This document shows, one piece after another, positions 11,102-22,051 of a stretch of 64,000 bases of DNA (its first letter is position 1; each line of letters opens with the position of its first letter). Source of the stretch: Dendrobates tinctorius. Its lineage: Eukaryota. A program made the translations under genes and the position numbers. The DNA lies in NCBI RefSeq assembly GCF_039654945.1, contig NW_027361924.1, positions 4,154,001 through 4,218,000 on the forward strand, written 5' to 3'. The notes below the pieces were generated by a model. That model was not told the origin of the DNA, did no database searches, and saw nothing but the letters and a program-made list of their open reading frames with translations.

Positions 11102-12554
11102 GTGGGAGAAGATCTGGTTTGGCTGTGAGAGAGGCGTCTGACCGATATCCAAGAAGTATCATTTCTCCTTGCAGAGAATAACATGCTATGAGGGGATGTC
11201 AGGCAACAAATCCCTAAAAACGACTTGTCGTTATCTTAAAGAACATGTATCCTTTCCATAGTATAGATGAAAAACGTTTGATCGTTGGGGGTCCGTCTGC
11301 GGAGTCCACCACCGATTCCAAGACTGGGGGGTCCAAATTTGGTTGTACGGCTAGTGACAGTAGAGCTGTGGTCACTCATTACTTCATCTTTGGACCTTGG
11401 TTCTCATGATCGGTGGTTGTCCCAAAGAAGTGATGCAACTAAACATCAGCGAAAGAAAAACAAGTGCAATATTTGCAAATAATCAATGTGACCACAACAA
11501 ATGTCCCTGATACAGGCAGGAAAGAAAACACTGCAGCGCTAACCATGCAGGACCCCAGAGGTCTAGGGGACAGATTACTCGTCATTCCTCGCAGATTGTT
11601 TTTCTCCAAGTTCTACCTCCAGCAAAGTTTACAGTAATCATTCAGCAAAAAGTGGTGAAAGCAACTGAGCGACACTAATGTGAATATAAAGTGTCAGCAG
11701 CCGGAGACCAGAGACAAACCGGTCCGGACAACCCTATTGTACGCCTGACAGCGGCGGCTACAGAAAGGCAGCAGGTGGAAAGAAGAAGCATTGTTGTGAC
11801 CGGACCGAAGACGCTTTCTGAGAACAGAACCCTTAGAACAATTACAATTAAAAATAAGTAACCCCCCCCCCCATGTGGAAGCGAATTATCAGAGCAGGAG
11901 AGAACCGGCCCTCGCTGAACATAGCAGATTCGCACTGATAAGTGAAATACCAGGTTAATGTATGATCGGTCACCTTGGTCAAAGGGCCGGAAAAATATTG
12001 AGCAAACTGGAGACAAAGGAGGAGGGGAAAATTTTCACTATATACAGAAGTGGAATATTAAAAGAAAAGGATAAATACAGACAGAAAACTAATGTCTTCT
12101 GTGTGAGCAACATAAGGATTACTATGGCGTCGGCCACCAATGACACACAGGAAAAGCAGAGAGGAAGGAAACAATTCACAGCAAATCTCCACCCAAAGCG
12201 AAAAAATTACATCTGCTCATGAGCGGATCAGCGGAGGAAGGACACACGGGACGGAAATCAGGCGGAAGAAATCTGACTCGGATTTTGCAATAAATCTGTA
12301 AAAAAGACAATACCGTAGGAATTACTCATACACAGACACAATAACGAGCCGGTGACACAGCTGGATCTCAAAACACCACAGTTTAGAGGGGGAGACGGCC
12401 GTCAGCCCCCAGAGACAGAGAGCAGATTGACAAGACGTCATACACTGGAAGAGGAGGAAGCTGCCCACAAATATCAGCAGCCCACCTACCATCTACACAT
12501 AGTAAAAAGTACAAAGCGAGGAGCACTGTAAATATCTTATATAGACCTCTATTG

Positions 12555-13987
12555 ATCCGGAGTTACCTCCTTTATTAAACCCCAGAGCTGTACTCACTAT
12601 TCTGCTGGTGCAGTCACTGTGTACATACATTACATTACTGATCCTGAGTTACAGCCTGTATTATACTCCAGAGCTGCACTCACTATTCTGCTGGTGCAGT
12701 CACTGTGTACATACATTACATTACTGATCCTGAGTAACATCCTGTATTATACTCCAGAGCTGCACTCACTATTCTGCTGGTGCAGTCACTGTGTACATAC
12801 ATTACATTACTGATCCTGAGTTACCTCCTGTATTATACTCCAGAGCTGCACTCACTATTCTGCTGGTGCAGTCACTGTGTACATACATTACATTACTGAT
12901 CCTGAGTTACAGCCTGTATTATACCCCAGAGCTGCACTCACTATTCTGCTGGTGCAGTCACTGTGTACATAGATTACATTACTGATGCTGAGTAACATCC
13001 TGTATTATACTCCAGAGCTGCACTCACTATTCTGCTGGTGCAGTCTCTGTACATACCTTACATTACTGATCCTGAGTTACCTCCTGTATTATACTCCAGA
13101 GCTGCACTCACTATTCTGCTGGTGCAGTCACTGTGTACATACATTACATTACTGATCCTGAGTAACATCCTGTATTATACTCCAGAGCTGCACTCACTAT
13201 TCTGCTGGTGCAGTCACTGTGTACATACATTACATTACTGATCCTGAGTTACCTCCTGTATTATACTCCAGAGCTGCACTCACTATTCTGCTGGTGCAGT
13301 CACTGTGTACATACATTACATTACTGATCCTGAGTTACAGCCTGTATTATACCCCAGAGCTGCACTCACTATTCTGCTGGTGCAGTCACTGTGTACATAG
13401 ATTACATTACTGATGCTGAGTAACATCCTGTATTATACTCCAGAGCTGCACTCACTATTCTGCTGGTGCAGTCTCTGTACATACCTTACATTACTGATCC
13501 TGAGTTACCTCCTGTATTATACTCCAGAGCTGCACTCACTATTCTGCTGGTGCAGTCACTGTGTACATACATTACATTACTGATCCTGAGTAACATCCTG
13601 TATTATACTCCAGAGCTGCACTCACTATTCTGCTGGTGCAGTCACTGTGTACATACATTACATTACTGATCCTGAGTTACCTCCTGTATTATACTCCAGA
13701 GCTGCACTCACTATTCTGCTGGTGCAGTCACTGTGTACATACATTACATTACTGATCCTGAGTTACAGCCTGTATTATACCCCAGAGCTGCACTCACTAT
13801 TCTGCTGGTGCAGTCACTGTGTACATAGATTACATTACTGATGCTGAGTAACATCCTGTATTATACTCCAGAGCTGCACTCACTATTCTGCTGGTGCAGT
13901 CTCTGTACATACCTTACATTACTGATCCTGAGTTACCTCCTGTATTATACCCCAGAGCTGCACTCACTATTCTGCTGGTGTAGTCAC
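12555..13987 (+). repeat. 86-bp satellite array with a 428-bp (5-monomer) higher-order repeat
   Basis: Unit CTGCACTCACTATTCTGCTGGTGCAGTCACTGTGTACATACATTACATTACTGATCCTGAGTTACMTCCTGTATTATACTCCAGAG; identical variant blocks recur at 12791, 13219 and 13647. Confidence 0.96.
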
Positions 13988-14424
13988 CAGGGCTGTGGAG
14001 TCGGTAAGCCAAACATGCGACTCCGACTCCAACTCCGATTCCGACTCCACGACTCCGACTCCCACACATATTGCTTATATTTAAGTGAAAAATTTATTGT
14101 AGTACAATGTGAACATCAGACATTTAATCATTTCTATGATCCAAAAATCAAGATATTTAGGTAGAACATAATATCTATTTATTGGAATTCAACTTTAGAA
14201 CACAAAAAAAACTGTAATAAATTGTAAATATGTAATACACTGTATAATATCGATTACATATATACAGTACAGACCAAAAGTTTGGACACACCTTCTCATT
14301 CAAAAAGTTTTCTTTATTTTCATGACTATGAAAATTGTACATTCACTCTGAAGGCATCAAAACTATGAATTACATGTGGAATTATATAATTAAAAAAAAA
14401 GTGTGAAACAACTGAAAATATGTC

Positions 14425-15822
14425 TTATATTCTAGGTTCTTCAAAGTAGCCACCTTTTGCTTTGATTACTGCTTTGCACACTCTTGGCATTCTCTTGATG
14501 AGTTTCAAGAGGTAGTCACCAGAAATGGTCTTCCAACAGTCTTGAAGGAGTTCCCAGAGATGCTTAGCACTTGTTGGCCCTTTTGCCTTCACTCTGCGGT
14601 CCAGCTCACCCCAAACCATCTAGATTGGGTTCAGGTCTGGTGACTGTGGAGGCCAGGTCATCTGGCGTAGCACCCCATCACTCTCCTTCTTGGTCAAATA
14701 GCCCTTACACAGCCTGGAGGTGTGTTTGGGGTCATTGTCCTGTTGAAAAATAATTGATGGTCCAACTAAACGCAAACCGGATGGAATAGCATGCCGCTGC
14801 AAGATGCTGTGGTAGCCATGCTGGTTCAGTATGCCTTCAATTTTGAATAAATCCCCAACAGTGTCACCAGCAAAGCACCCCCACACCATCAAACCTCCTC
14901 CTCCATGCTTCACGGTGGGAACCAGGCATGTAGAGTCCATCCATTCACCTTTTCTGCGTTGCACAAAGACACGGTGGTTGGAACCAAAGATCTCAAATTT
15001 GGACTCATCAGACCAAAGCACAGATTTCCACTGGTCTAATGTCCATTCCTTGTGTTCTTTAGCCCAAACAAGTCTCTTCTGCTTGTTGCCTGTCCTTAGC
15101 AGTGGTTTCCTAGCAGCTATTTTACCATGAAGGCCTGCTGCACAAAGTCTCCTCTTAAGGGTATGTGCACACAGAGTTTTTTGTCTCTGCGGATTTTGTA
15201 GAGAAAACCGCAGGTAGATCAGCAGGACAAAGACCTGCGGTTTATCTGCGGTTTTGCCCTGCGGTTTTACACCTCATAATGGATGAGGTGTAAAACTGCA
15301 GCGTTTCTGCACCAAACAATTGACATGCTGCGTTTTGAAAACCGCAGCAAAACCGCGCGGAAAAAAAACGCAGCATGTGCACAGCTTTTTTTTATTTCCA
15401 TAGGAAATAAAGGTATTGTACAACGCAGCAGAATCTGCTGCGTTTCTGCAGAGCCAAAAACACTGCGGAAACGCAGCAGAAACTACACAGAGTGCACATA
15501 CCCTAACAGTTGTAGAGATGTGTCTGCTGCTAGAACTCTGTGTGGCATTGACCTGGTCTCTAATCTGAGCTGCTGTTAACCTGCGATTTCTGAGGCTGGT
15601 GACCTGGATGAACTTATCCTCCGCAGCAGAGGTGACTCTTGGTCTTCCTTTCCTGGGGCGGTCCTCATGTGAGACAGTTTCTTTGTGGCGCTTGATGGTT
15701 TTTGCCACTGCACTTGGGGACAGTTTCAAAGTTTTCCCAATTTTTCGAACTGACTGACCTTCATTTCTTAAAGTAATGATGGCCACTCGTTTTTCTTTAC
15801 TTAGCTGCTTTTTTCTTGCCAT
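14425..15822 (-). pseudogene. DD38E transposase pseudogene (~349 aa after removing the MITE)
   Basis: MARKKQLSKEK paired-like HTH, GRPR, WSDE, FQQDND and WPPQSPDLNPI*. All pieces lie in one frame; it is disrupted by a 348-bp MITE+TSD and by TAG (14620-14622) at the catalytic Glu. Confidence 0.93.
15159..15503. mobile_element. PIF/Harbinger-type MITE inside the transposase ORF
   Basis: GGGTATGTGCAC...GTGCACATACCC with TAA TSD; removal restores STTVKRRL. Confidence 0.92.
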
Positions 15823-16231
15823 AATACAAATTCTAACAGTCTATTTAGTAGGACTATCAGCTGTGTATCCACCAAACTTCGGCACAACACAACTGATGGT
15901 CCCAACCCCATTTATAAGGCAAAAAATCCCACTTATTAGACCTGACAGGGCACACCTGTGAAGTGAAAACCATTTCCGGTGACTACCTCTTGAAGCTCAT
16001 CAAGAGAATGCCAAGAGTGTGCAAAGAAGTAATCAAAGCAAAAGGTGGCTACTTTGAAGAACCTAGAATATAAGACATATTTTCAGTTGTTTCACACTTT
16101 TTTGCTAATTATAAAATTCCACATGTGTTAATTCACAGTCTTGGTGCCTTCAGAGTGAATCTACAATTTTCATAGTCATGAAAATAAAGAAAACTCTTTG
16201 AATGAGGTGTGTCCAAACTTTTGGTCTGTAC

Positions 16232-16286
<55 letters not shown>

Positions 16287-16353
16287 TATACACACACACA
16301 TACATACACACACACTATGACTTATCTCAGCTAAGCCAAACCCTAGATCCTCA

Positions 16354-16921
16354 GGCTACATTCACACTATGGGCGTAGCCAGGATCAAACCTGGGGGGGG
16401 GGGGGGGGCAGAACCTCATGCTGTTCCGCAGAATTTCATACTGCACACCTCAGCTGCTGCAGAACCTCATACTGCACACCTCAGCTGCTGCAGAACCTCA
16501 TACTGCACACCCCTACCCTTGAAAATAAAGCCTGCACCTTAGGTAGATGTGGTGGTGAATGCAATCTATTTATTCCAACTATCAATTAATGTTGATGTGT
16601 TACTGAAAACGAGCAATGCCTGTCCTGGGCGTCCTTTTGGGCAGCTATGAGGTGTCCCTGACTGGTGCTAAAAAAAAAGGAGTGTTAGTCTGTGTGCTAC
16701 GAGGCTTTCATTCTTTTTGGTACAGATATGATATGGATACAGATATGGATAAATGGATATATAGATAGCAAAAGCAGATTAGAAATCTGCTCTATTGAAA
16801 ACATTATCTATGAGCTCAAAAACCTTTCAGGTCATGCAGTTTTTTTAAAAAGCTGATCTGCTTTTGCAACTGAAAAACATTCTCAAAATACGCAGGAAAA
16901 ACGCTGTGTGTGAATGTAGCC
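16354..16921. mobile_element. PIF/Harbinger-type MITE (older, composite)
   Basis: GGCTACATTCACAC...GTGTGAATGTAGCC flanked by TCA/TTA. Confidence 0.75.
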
Positions 16922-17112
16922 TTAGATCAGGAATAGAACAGTCATTTATAGGACATTTCATAACTTTCCCAAATTCCTATGAAAAAATATTCAGTATATT
17001 CTGCATTGAACTACTGTACCCAATTTATTATATATTTTAGGAGTCGGAGTTGGTCCATTTTATACCGACTCCAACTCCACCAAAATGAGCACCGACTCCG
17101 ACCACAGCCCTG

Positions 17113-17960
17113 GTAGTCACTTTGTACATACATTACTGATCCTGACTTACCGCCTGTATTATACCCCAGAGCTGCACTCACTATTCTGCTAGTGCAGTCA
17201 CTGTGTACATACATTACTGATCCGGAGTTACCTCCTGTATTATACTCCAGAGCTGCACTCACTATTCTGCTGGTGCAGTCACTGTGTACATACATTATAT
17301 TACTGATCCTGAGTTACCTCCTGTATTATACCCCAGAGCTGCACTCACTATTCTGCTGGTGCAGTCACTGTGTACATACATTACATTACTGATCCTGAGT
17401 TACCTCCTGTATTATACCCCAGAGCTGCACTCACTATTCTGCTGGTGCAGTCACTGTGTACATTACATTACTGATCCTGAGTTACATCATGCATTATACT
17501 CCAGAGCTGCACTCACTATTCTGCTGGTGCAGTCACTGTGTACATACATTACATTACTGATCCTGAGTTACATCATACATTATACTCAAGAGCTGCACTC
17601 ACTATTCTGCTGGTGCAGTCACTGTGTACATACATTACTGATCCCGAGTTACCTCCTGTATTATACTCCAGAGCTGCACTCACCATTCTGCTGGTGCAGT
17701 CACTGTGTACATACATTACATTACTGATCCCGAGTTACCTCCTGTATTAAACCCAGAGCTGCACTCACTATTCTGCTGGTGCAGTCACTGTGTACATACA
17801 TTACTGATCCTGAGTTACATCCTGTATTATACTCCAGAGCTGCACTCACTATTCTGCTGGTGCAGTCACTGTGTACTTACATTACATTACTGATCCTGAG
17901 TTACATCCTGTATTATACTCCAGAGCTGCACTCACTGTGTACCTACATTACCATATTACT
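17113..17960 (+). repeat. 86-bp satellite array (continuation after the hAT insertion; 81/86-bp units)
   Basis: Resumes in register after the TSD. Confidence 0.95.
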
Positions 17961-18726
17961 TGGTCCTGGCTGATCATCCCCGGCTTATTTTCAGTCTGAT
18001 CTCGGGATGGGTCTTAGGGTAGGAGCAGCTGCAGCACATCAGACATCCTCCTGAATAATACATTTGTATCCTGATGTCAGACTATGACACAAGGATGAAA
18101 CGCGAGCTATAAAGAGGGTTTGCAAAGAAAATATTGAAATCACCTGTCAGACAAACAAATCTCTACAGAAGTGCTGGTCGTGTACAGGAAAGGCAGGGGT
18201 CTGGGCTACAGCCACAGAGACGGGACCTATCATTACACTGTAGGCAGTCTGGACTCTGAGACATCGGAGCACAGACTAGCACTCTAGAGCTCAGCAGCGC
18301 CCGGCATCCGATGTGACACGCACTGCATTTCCTGTGGTACATTACGTACCATGGAAAAAAAACGTGACATGTTCCGACAGAAACAACAAAATTGAGGCCC
18401 AAGTGTCAGTAATGAACCTTCTGGTCCATGAATAGAAAACCAGGACCGACGAGCGAAATGATATATACACAAACAGGGAGGAAGGAGAGGGGGCCGGAAG
18501 ATGGTTTATTTTGCAATATTTGTAGTCTCCGTTCACTTGGAGATTGTCCAAAACAGGAACAGAAAACAAAAAAGAAAAAAAAAAAAAAAAAAAATCACAG
18601 AAGGAAGCAGAAAATAACACGAGGTCCATTGTACAGGGCGAGGGGAGGTCAGAGTCAAAAATATACAATAAATACAGAACAGGATGAGCCAGAGACGTGT
18701 GCTCTACAGCACAAGAAGTCACATGG

Positions 18727-18944
18727 ACACCAGCAGAATAGTGAGTGCAGCTCTGGAGTATAATACAGGATGTAACTCAGGATCAGTAATGTAATGTATG
18801 TACACAGTGACTGCACCAGCAGAATAGTGAGTGCAGCTATGGGGTATAATACAGGATGTAACTCAGGATCAGTAATGTAATGTATGTACACAGTGACTGC
18901 ACCAGCAGAATAGTGAGTGCAGCTCTGGAGTATAATACAGGATG
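18727..18944 (-). repeat. 86-bp satellite, opposite orientation, 5' of the Tx1 insertion
   Basis: CACCAGCAGAATAGTGAGTGCAGCTC... units ending in ATACAGGATG. Confidence 0.93.
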
Positions 18945-21900
18945 CTCCTGTTCCCGGGGCCCCTCTGTCCCGCTGTGTGAAACCCGCTACCCACCCCGGC
19001 TCGGGCCCTGTGGTGGGTCCGCAGCGAGGGAGCGGGGAGAGAGATGACTGTTGTGACCTGACTGTCGCATCTGGTGACAGTTCAGACCAGGGAAGTGACA
19101 TGGAGGTCGGTGCTGGTTGTGGTCTTGGTGGTGGTGTCCAGGCTCAGCCCTCGGTGGCAGGGGGGGCTGGTCTGGCACCAGGTAAAGTTGGTACAGCCAG
19201 GGCCGCACCTCCGGCGGCGAGTGCTGGGGCTTCTGGACCCCCACGTACGGATCCGCTAAGTCTGGATCGCTAGTGGGGGTCCAGAAGCCTAGGAAGGGTG
19301 AACAGAACACCAAGCAGCAGCTGAGGCAGTGCAAAGTGCTGGTCGCTCCCATGTCGGCGCCTGTGGTGAAAGCGGGGTCTCCGGCACGTCGACCCAAAAA
19401 GGGGTCCGTGCAGGGGGCTCCGCCGCCGCTAGGCGACGAAGGGGAGTGGCCGGCCTTGCCTGACTCAAGTGGTGGACATAGGGTGGCGGCGGTGGTCCGT
19501 GAGGGGGGCGTGGCCTCCCCGAGTGTTGCCCGGCCTGCAAAGGCTGCGGCATGCGCGGGGGGGGGGGGGCGTGTCCTCCTCGGCCGTCGTCCCACCCGCT
19601 GCGTCCGTGTTACCCGGGGGGGGGGGGGGGGGCGTGGCCTCGCAAGGGGTCACTGCTCTGCCCGTGGTGGCCTTGACTGGTCGCGTCACCCGAGGGGCCG
19701 CGGCTCTGCCTGGGGTGGCTGCGACCGGCGGGGGGGGGGGTGGGGGTTTCGCGGCCACCCACCCTTCCAAGTAATGCTGTGCTGCCCCCAAAAGCTGGTG
19801 GGGAGTTGTCGGGGTTCCCGGTCCACCTACCTTCATCTGAGGGTGCGGGGACTCTGGCGCTCCCTGGCAAGCCGGCGGCGGGGGTGAAGAAAAGTGCAGG
19901 GCAGGGAGTGGTGCCAGTGGCCGTCCCTGCCCAGAGTAATGAAAGCTCAGCAAAAGAAAAAAAAAAAAATGGAGCTGAAACCAGGAGCTGCTGTTGCTCC
20001 TAGGCCCAGCCAGGGCAGTGTGCAGGATGTCATCAGCACTGAGGCATTTAAAGGGGCAGCGGCGCTCCTGGACAGGAGCTGGAGTAGCTCCCAGCAAGAG
20101 AGCTCGGGGCCCCCAGCAGGCAAAGAGAGGAACTGCACTGGTTCAGGAAAAGTAAATAATGTAAATAATATTGCTATGTACACCAATTGTTCGAGTGAGA
20201 ACGAAAGCGGAGTGGACATATTTAAGGAGATGTTTGCTGAAGTGAATGGTGATATGAGTGACATGGATGAGGGAGTGAGTGCTAGTGTGAATTTGGGTGA
20301 AAGTGCTGGAGTGAATGCTGGGGTGAAAGCAAATAATAGAAGAGTGAATGGGAGAGTGACTGGGAGGACGAATGAGGGTGCTGGCACAAGTGGTGGGATT
20401 TCCTCGCCTCCGGGCTCCAGGGACGGCGTTTCGCACTGCCGTTTCCTGGAGGCTCTCAAAAGGGGAGATAGATCAATAGTGGTAGAGGGGAGGACAGTGG
20501 ACTTGTCTTTCTGGATAGAGAGACACGGCTTTGCTGCCTTCCAAAATCAAAGGGAGGGAGGGACTGTTTGGTCTCTCCCCACAGCCGGGCAGGGGCCGCC
20601 AAGAAGGAATGTGGTCCGTCTTAGGTGGGGGGGGGCAGTGAAGCTTTCCCACCTAGGAGCAAGGTAGTGGAGCTCCTCCTTAAGATGAGCTTTGGGGCGA
20701 ATGACATCTTTGCCCTGATACATCCTTCGGCGTCCAGCTTCTTCGACATCAGCTTTGTGCGGCCAGAGGGGCTTGAGCTCTTCTGGTCGAATTACGAGCT
20801 GGTGCGAGAAGAGCCCGGATGGCGAGACTTCGTGGCTCAAGCGGTGTCTCGCCAAAATTCCGTCAAGCGAGTGACCATGGTTACATGTAATGAGTCACTC
20901 GCAGGCGTGGACATCATGACGTGGCTTTCCCGTTACGGGGAGGTCACCGAGGTCCCAAAAAAGAACAGGGACGAGTTCGGCATCTGGTCGGGGGGGGGGG
21001 GGGCTGGACCTTCATGGTCAAATTGAAGGTTTCCAGCGGCACGGTCACCCACATCCCTTCCTCTGCGTTCCTGGGAAGGGACAGGATCCTGGTCTTCTAC
21101 CAGGGGCAATCGAAGGTCTGCCAGAAGTGCGGCGACCCCACCCACTTCAGCGCCAACTGCAAGGTGTAGAAGTGCGCATTGTGTGATGGGGTGGGTCACC
21201 TGGCCGCCTTGTGTAAGGATACTCGGTGCCACCTGTGTGGTGACCTAGGTCACCCTCTCAGCCGCTGCCCTCGCTCTTTCTCTAATGCCGCCGCAGGCCC
21301 GGTGGGGGGAGACCGTGGGGGGGCAACCCCCGGTGGCGCTTCTGCTGTGACAGGTGGTGGCGGAAGGGCTGAGGGGCCAGTGAGGAAGGGCAATGCTGCA
21401 AGGGGCCCCGCGTACCAGCGGAGGCAGGAAAAGCGCCAGGGAGGTAAGGGACAGGTGGAGCCTCGGGCCACCGGGGTGATGCCTGCTCCTCCCTCCAGGC
21501 CCGTGGCCAAAGCCTCTGAGGCCCTGGGGGAGAGTGCGGTGAGTGAGGAGATCAAGAGGATGGAGAGAGAGGAGAAAGCGGCTGACTCAGACGACTCCTC
21601 TCGTTATGAAAGTGTCGACGAGGATGTCAGAGAGCAGCCTACAGCATCAGGTGGCAAAACCAGGCGTGCCAAGCGCAAAACGGGGGGGGGGGGTGGAGAA
21701 TGCTGACAAGCCTTCAAAGTCTCCCCCGCCCCCGACCACCAGGGTGCACACGGATCAGACTCTCCAACTGGTTCAGCGCCCTCGGAGGTTCAGATGATGA
21801 GCCGCAAGACGAGGGTGCGGGGTCAACACTGGAGGGTCCTTCAGGGGATGGCGGAGTCCATCCCTCAGGGGGAACTGTTCCTCCTGAGGGGGGGACAGAC

Positions 21901-22051
21901 CTGGAACCCGGGGGGGCGAGGACACCGAGGGTGGGGGGGTGGGATGGACACGTCGGGAGCTTCCCTGAAAAGGAAGGTGTCTGACCCCTCCCCAGGTGGA
22001 GGCGATAGCGGGGCAGGGAAGAAACTGGCCATCCAACTCGATCACCCATGA
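18945..22051 (+). pseudogene. Tx1 ORF1 (gag-like), frameshifted
   Basis: RRM-like segment VVELLLKMSFGANDIFALIHP...FDISF; knuckles CQKCGDPTHFSANC, CALCDGVGHLAALC and CHLCGDLGHPLSRC; in-frame TAG at 21167-21169; frameshifts mostly at G runs. Confidence 0.8.

Larger units (their letters stand above)
10815..11188 (-). mobile_element. Retrozyme / satellite-2-like non-autonomous retroelement, family A (329-bp monomer plus ~45-bp terminal redundancy)
   Basis: Direct repeat GATATCCAAGAAGTATCATTTCTCCTTGC(G/A)GAGAATAACATGCT at 10815 and 11144 (period 329); flanking duplication TATGAGGGGAT at 10807-10817 and 11187-11197; internal hammerhead and octamer/SPH motifs. Confidence 0.85.
14265..16233 (-). mobile_element. 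Full-length Tc1-like transposon, DD38E (Intruder-type)
   Basis: TA|CAGTACAGACCAAAAGTTTGGACACACC TIRs of about 265 bp at both ends; transposase on the minus strand. Confidence 0.95.
13988..17112. mobile_element. hAT-type non-autonomous element inserted in the 86-bp satellite, swollen by nested insertions
   Basis: TIR CAGGGCTGTGG(A)GTCGG...CCGACCACAGCCCTG; exact 8-bp TSD GTAGTCAC (13980-13987, 17113-17120); subterminal CCGACT repeats. Confidence 0.92.

Noticed and set aside
12619-13841. Repeated 64-67-aa ORFs (MYIHYITDPEL...)
   Set aside because: Translations of the 86-bp satellite.
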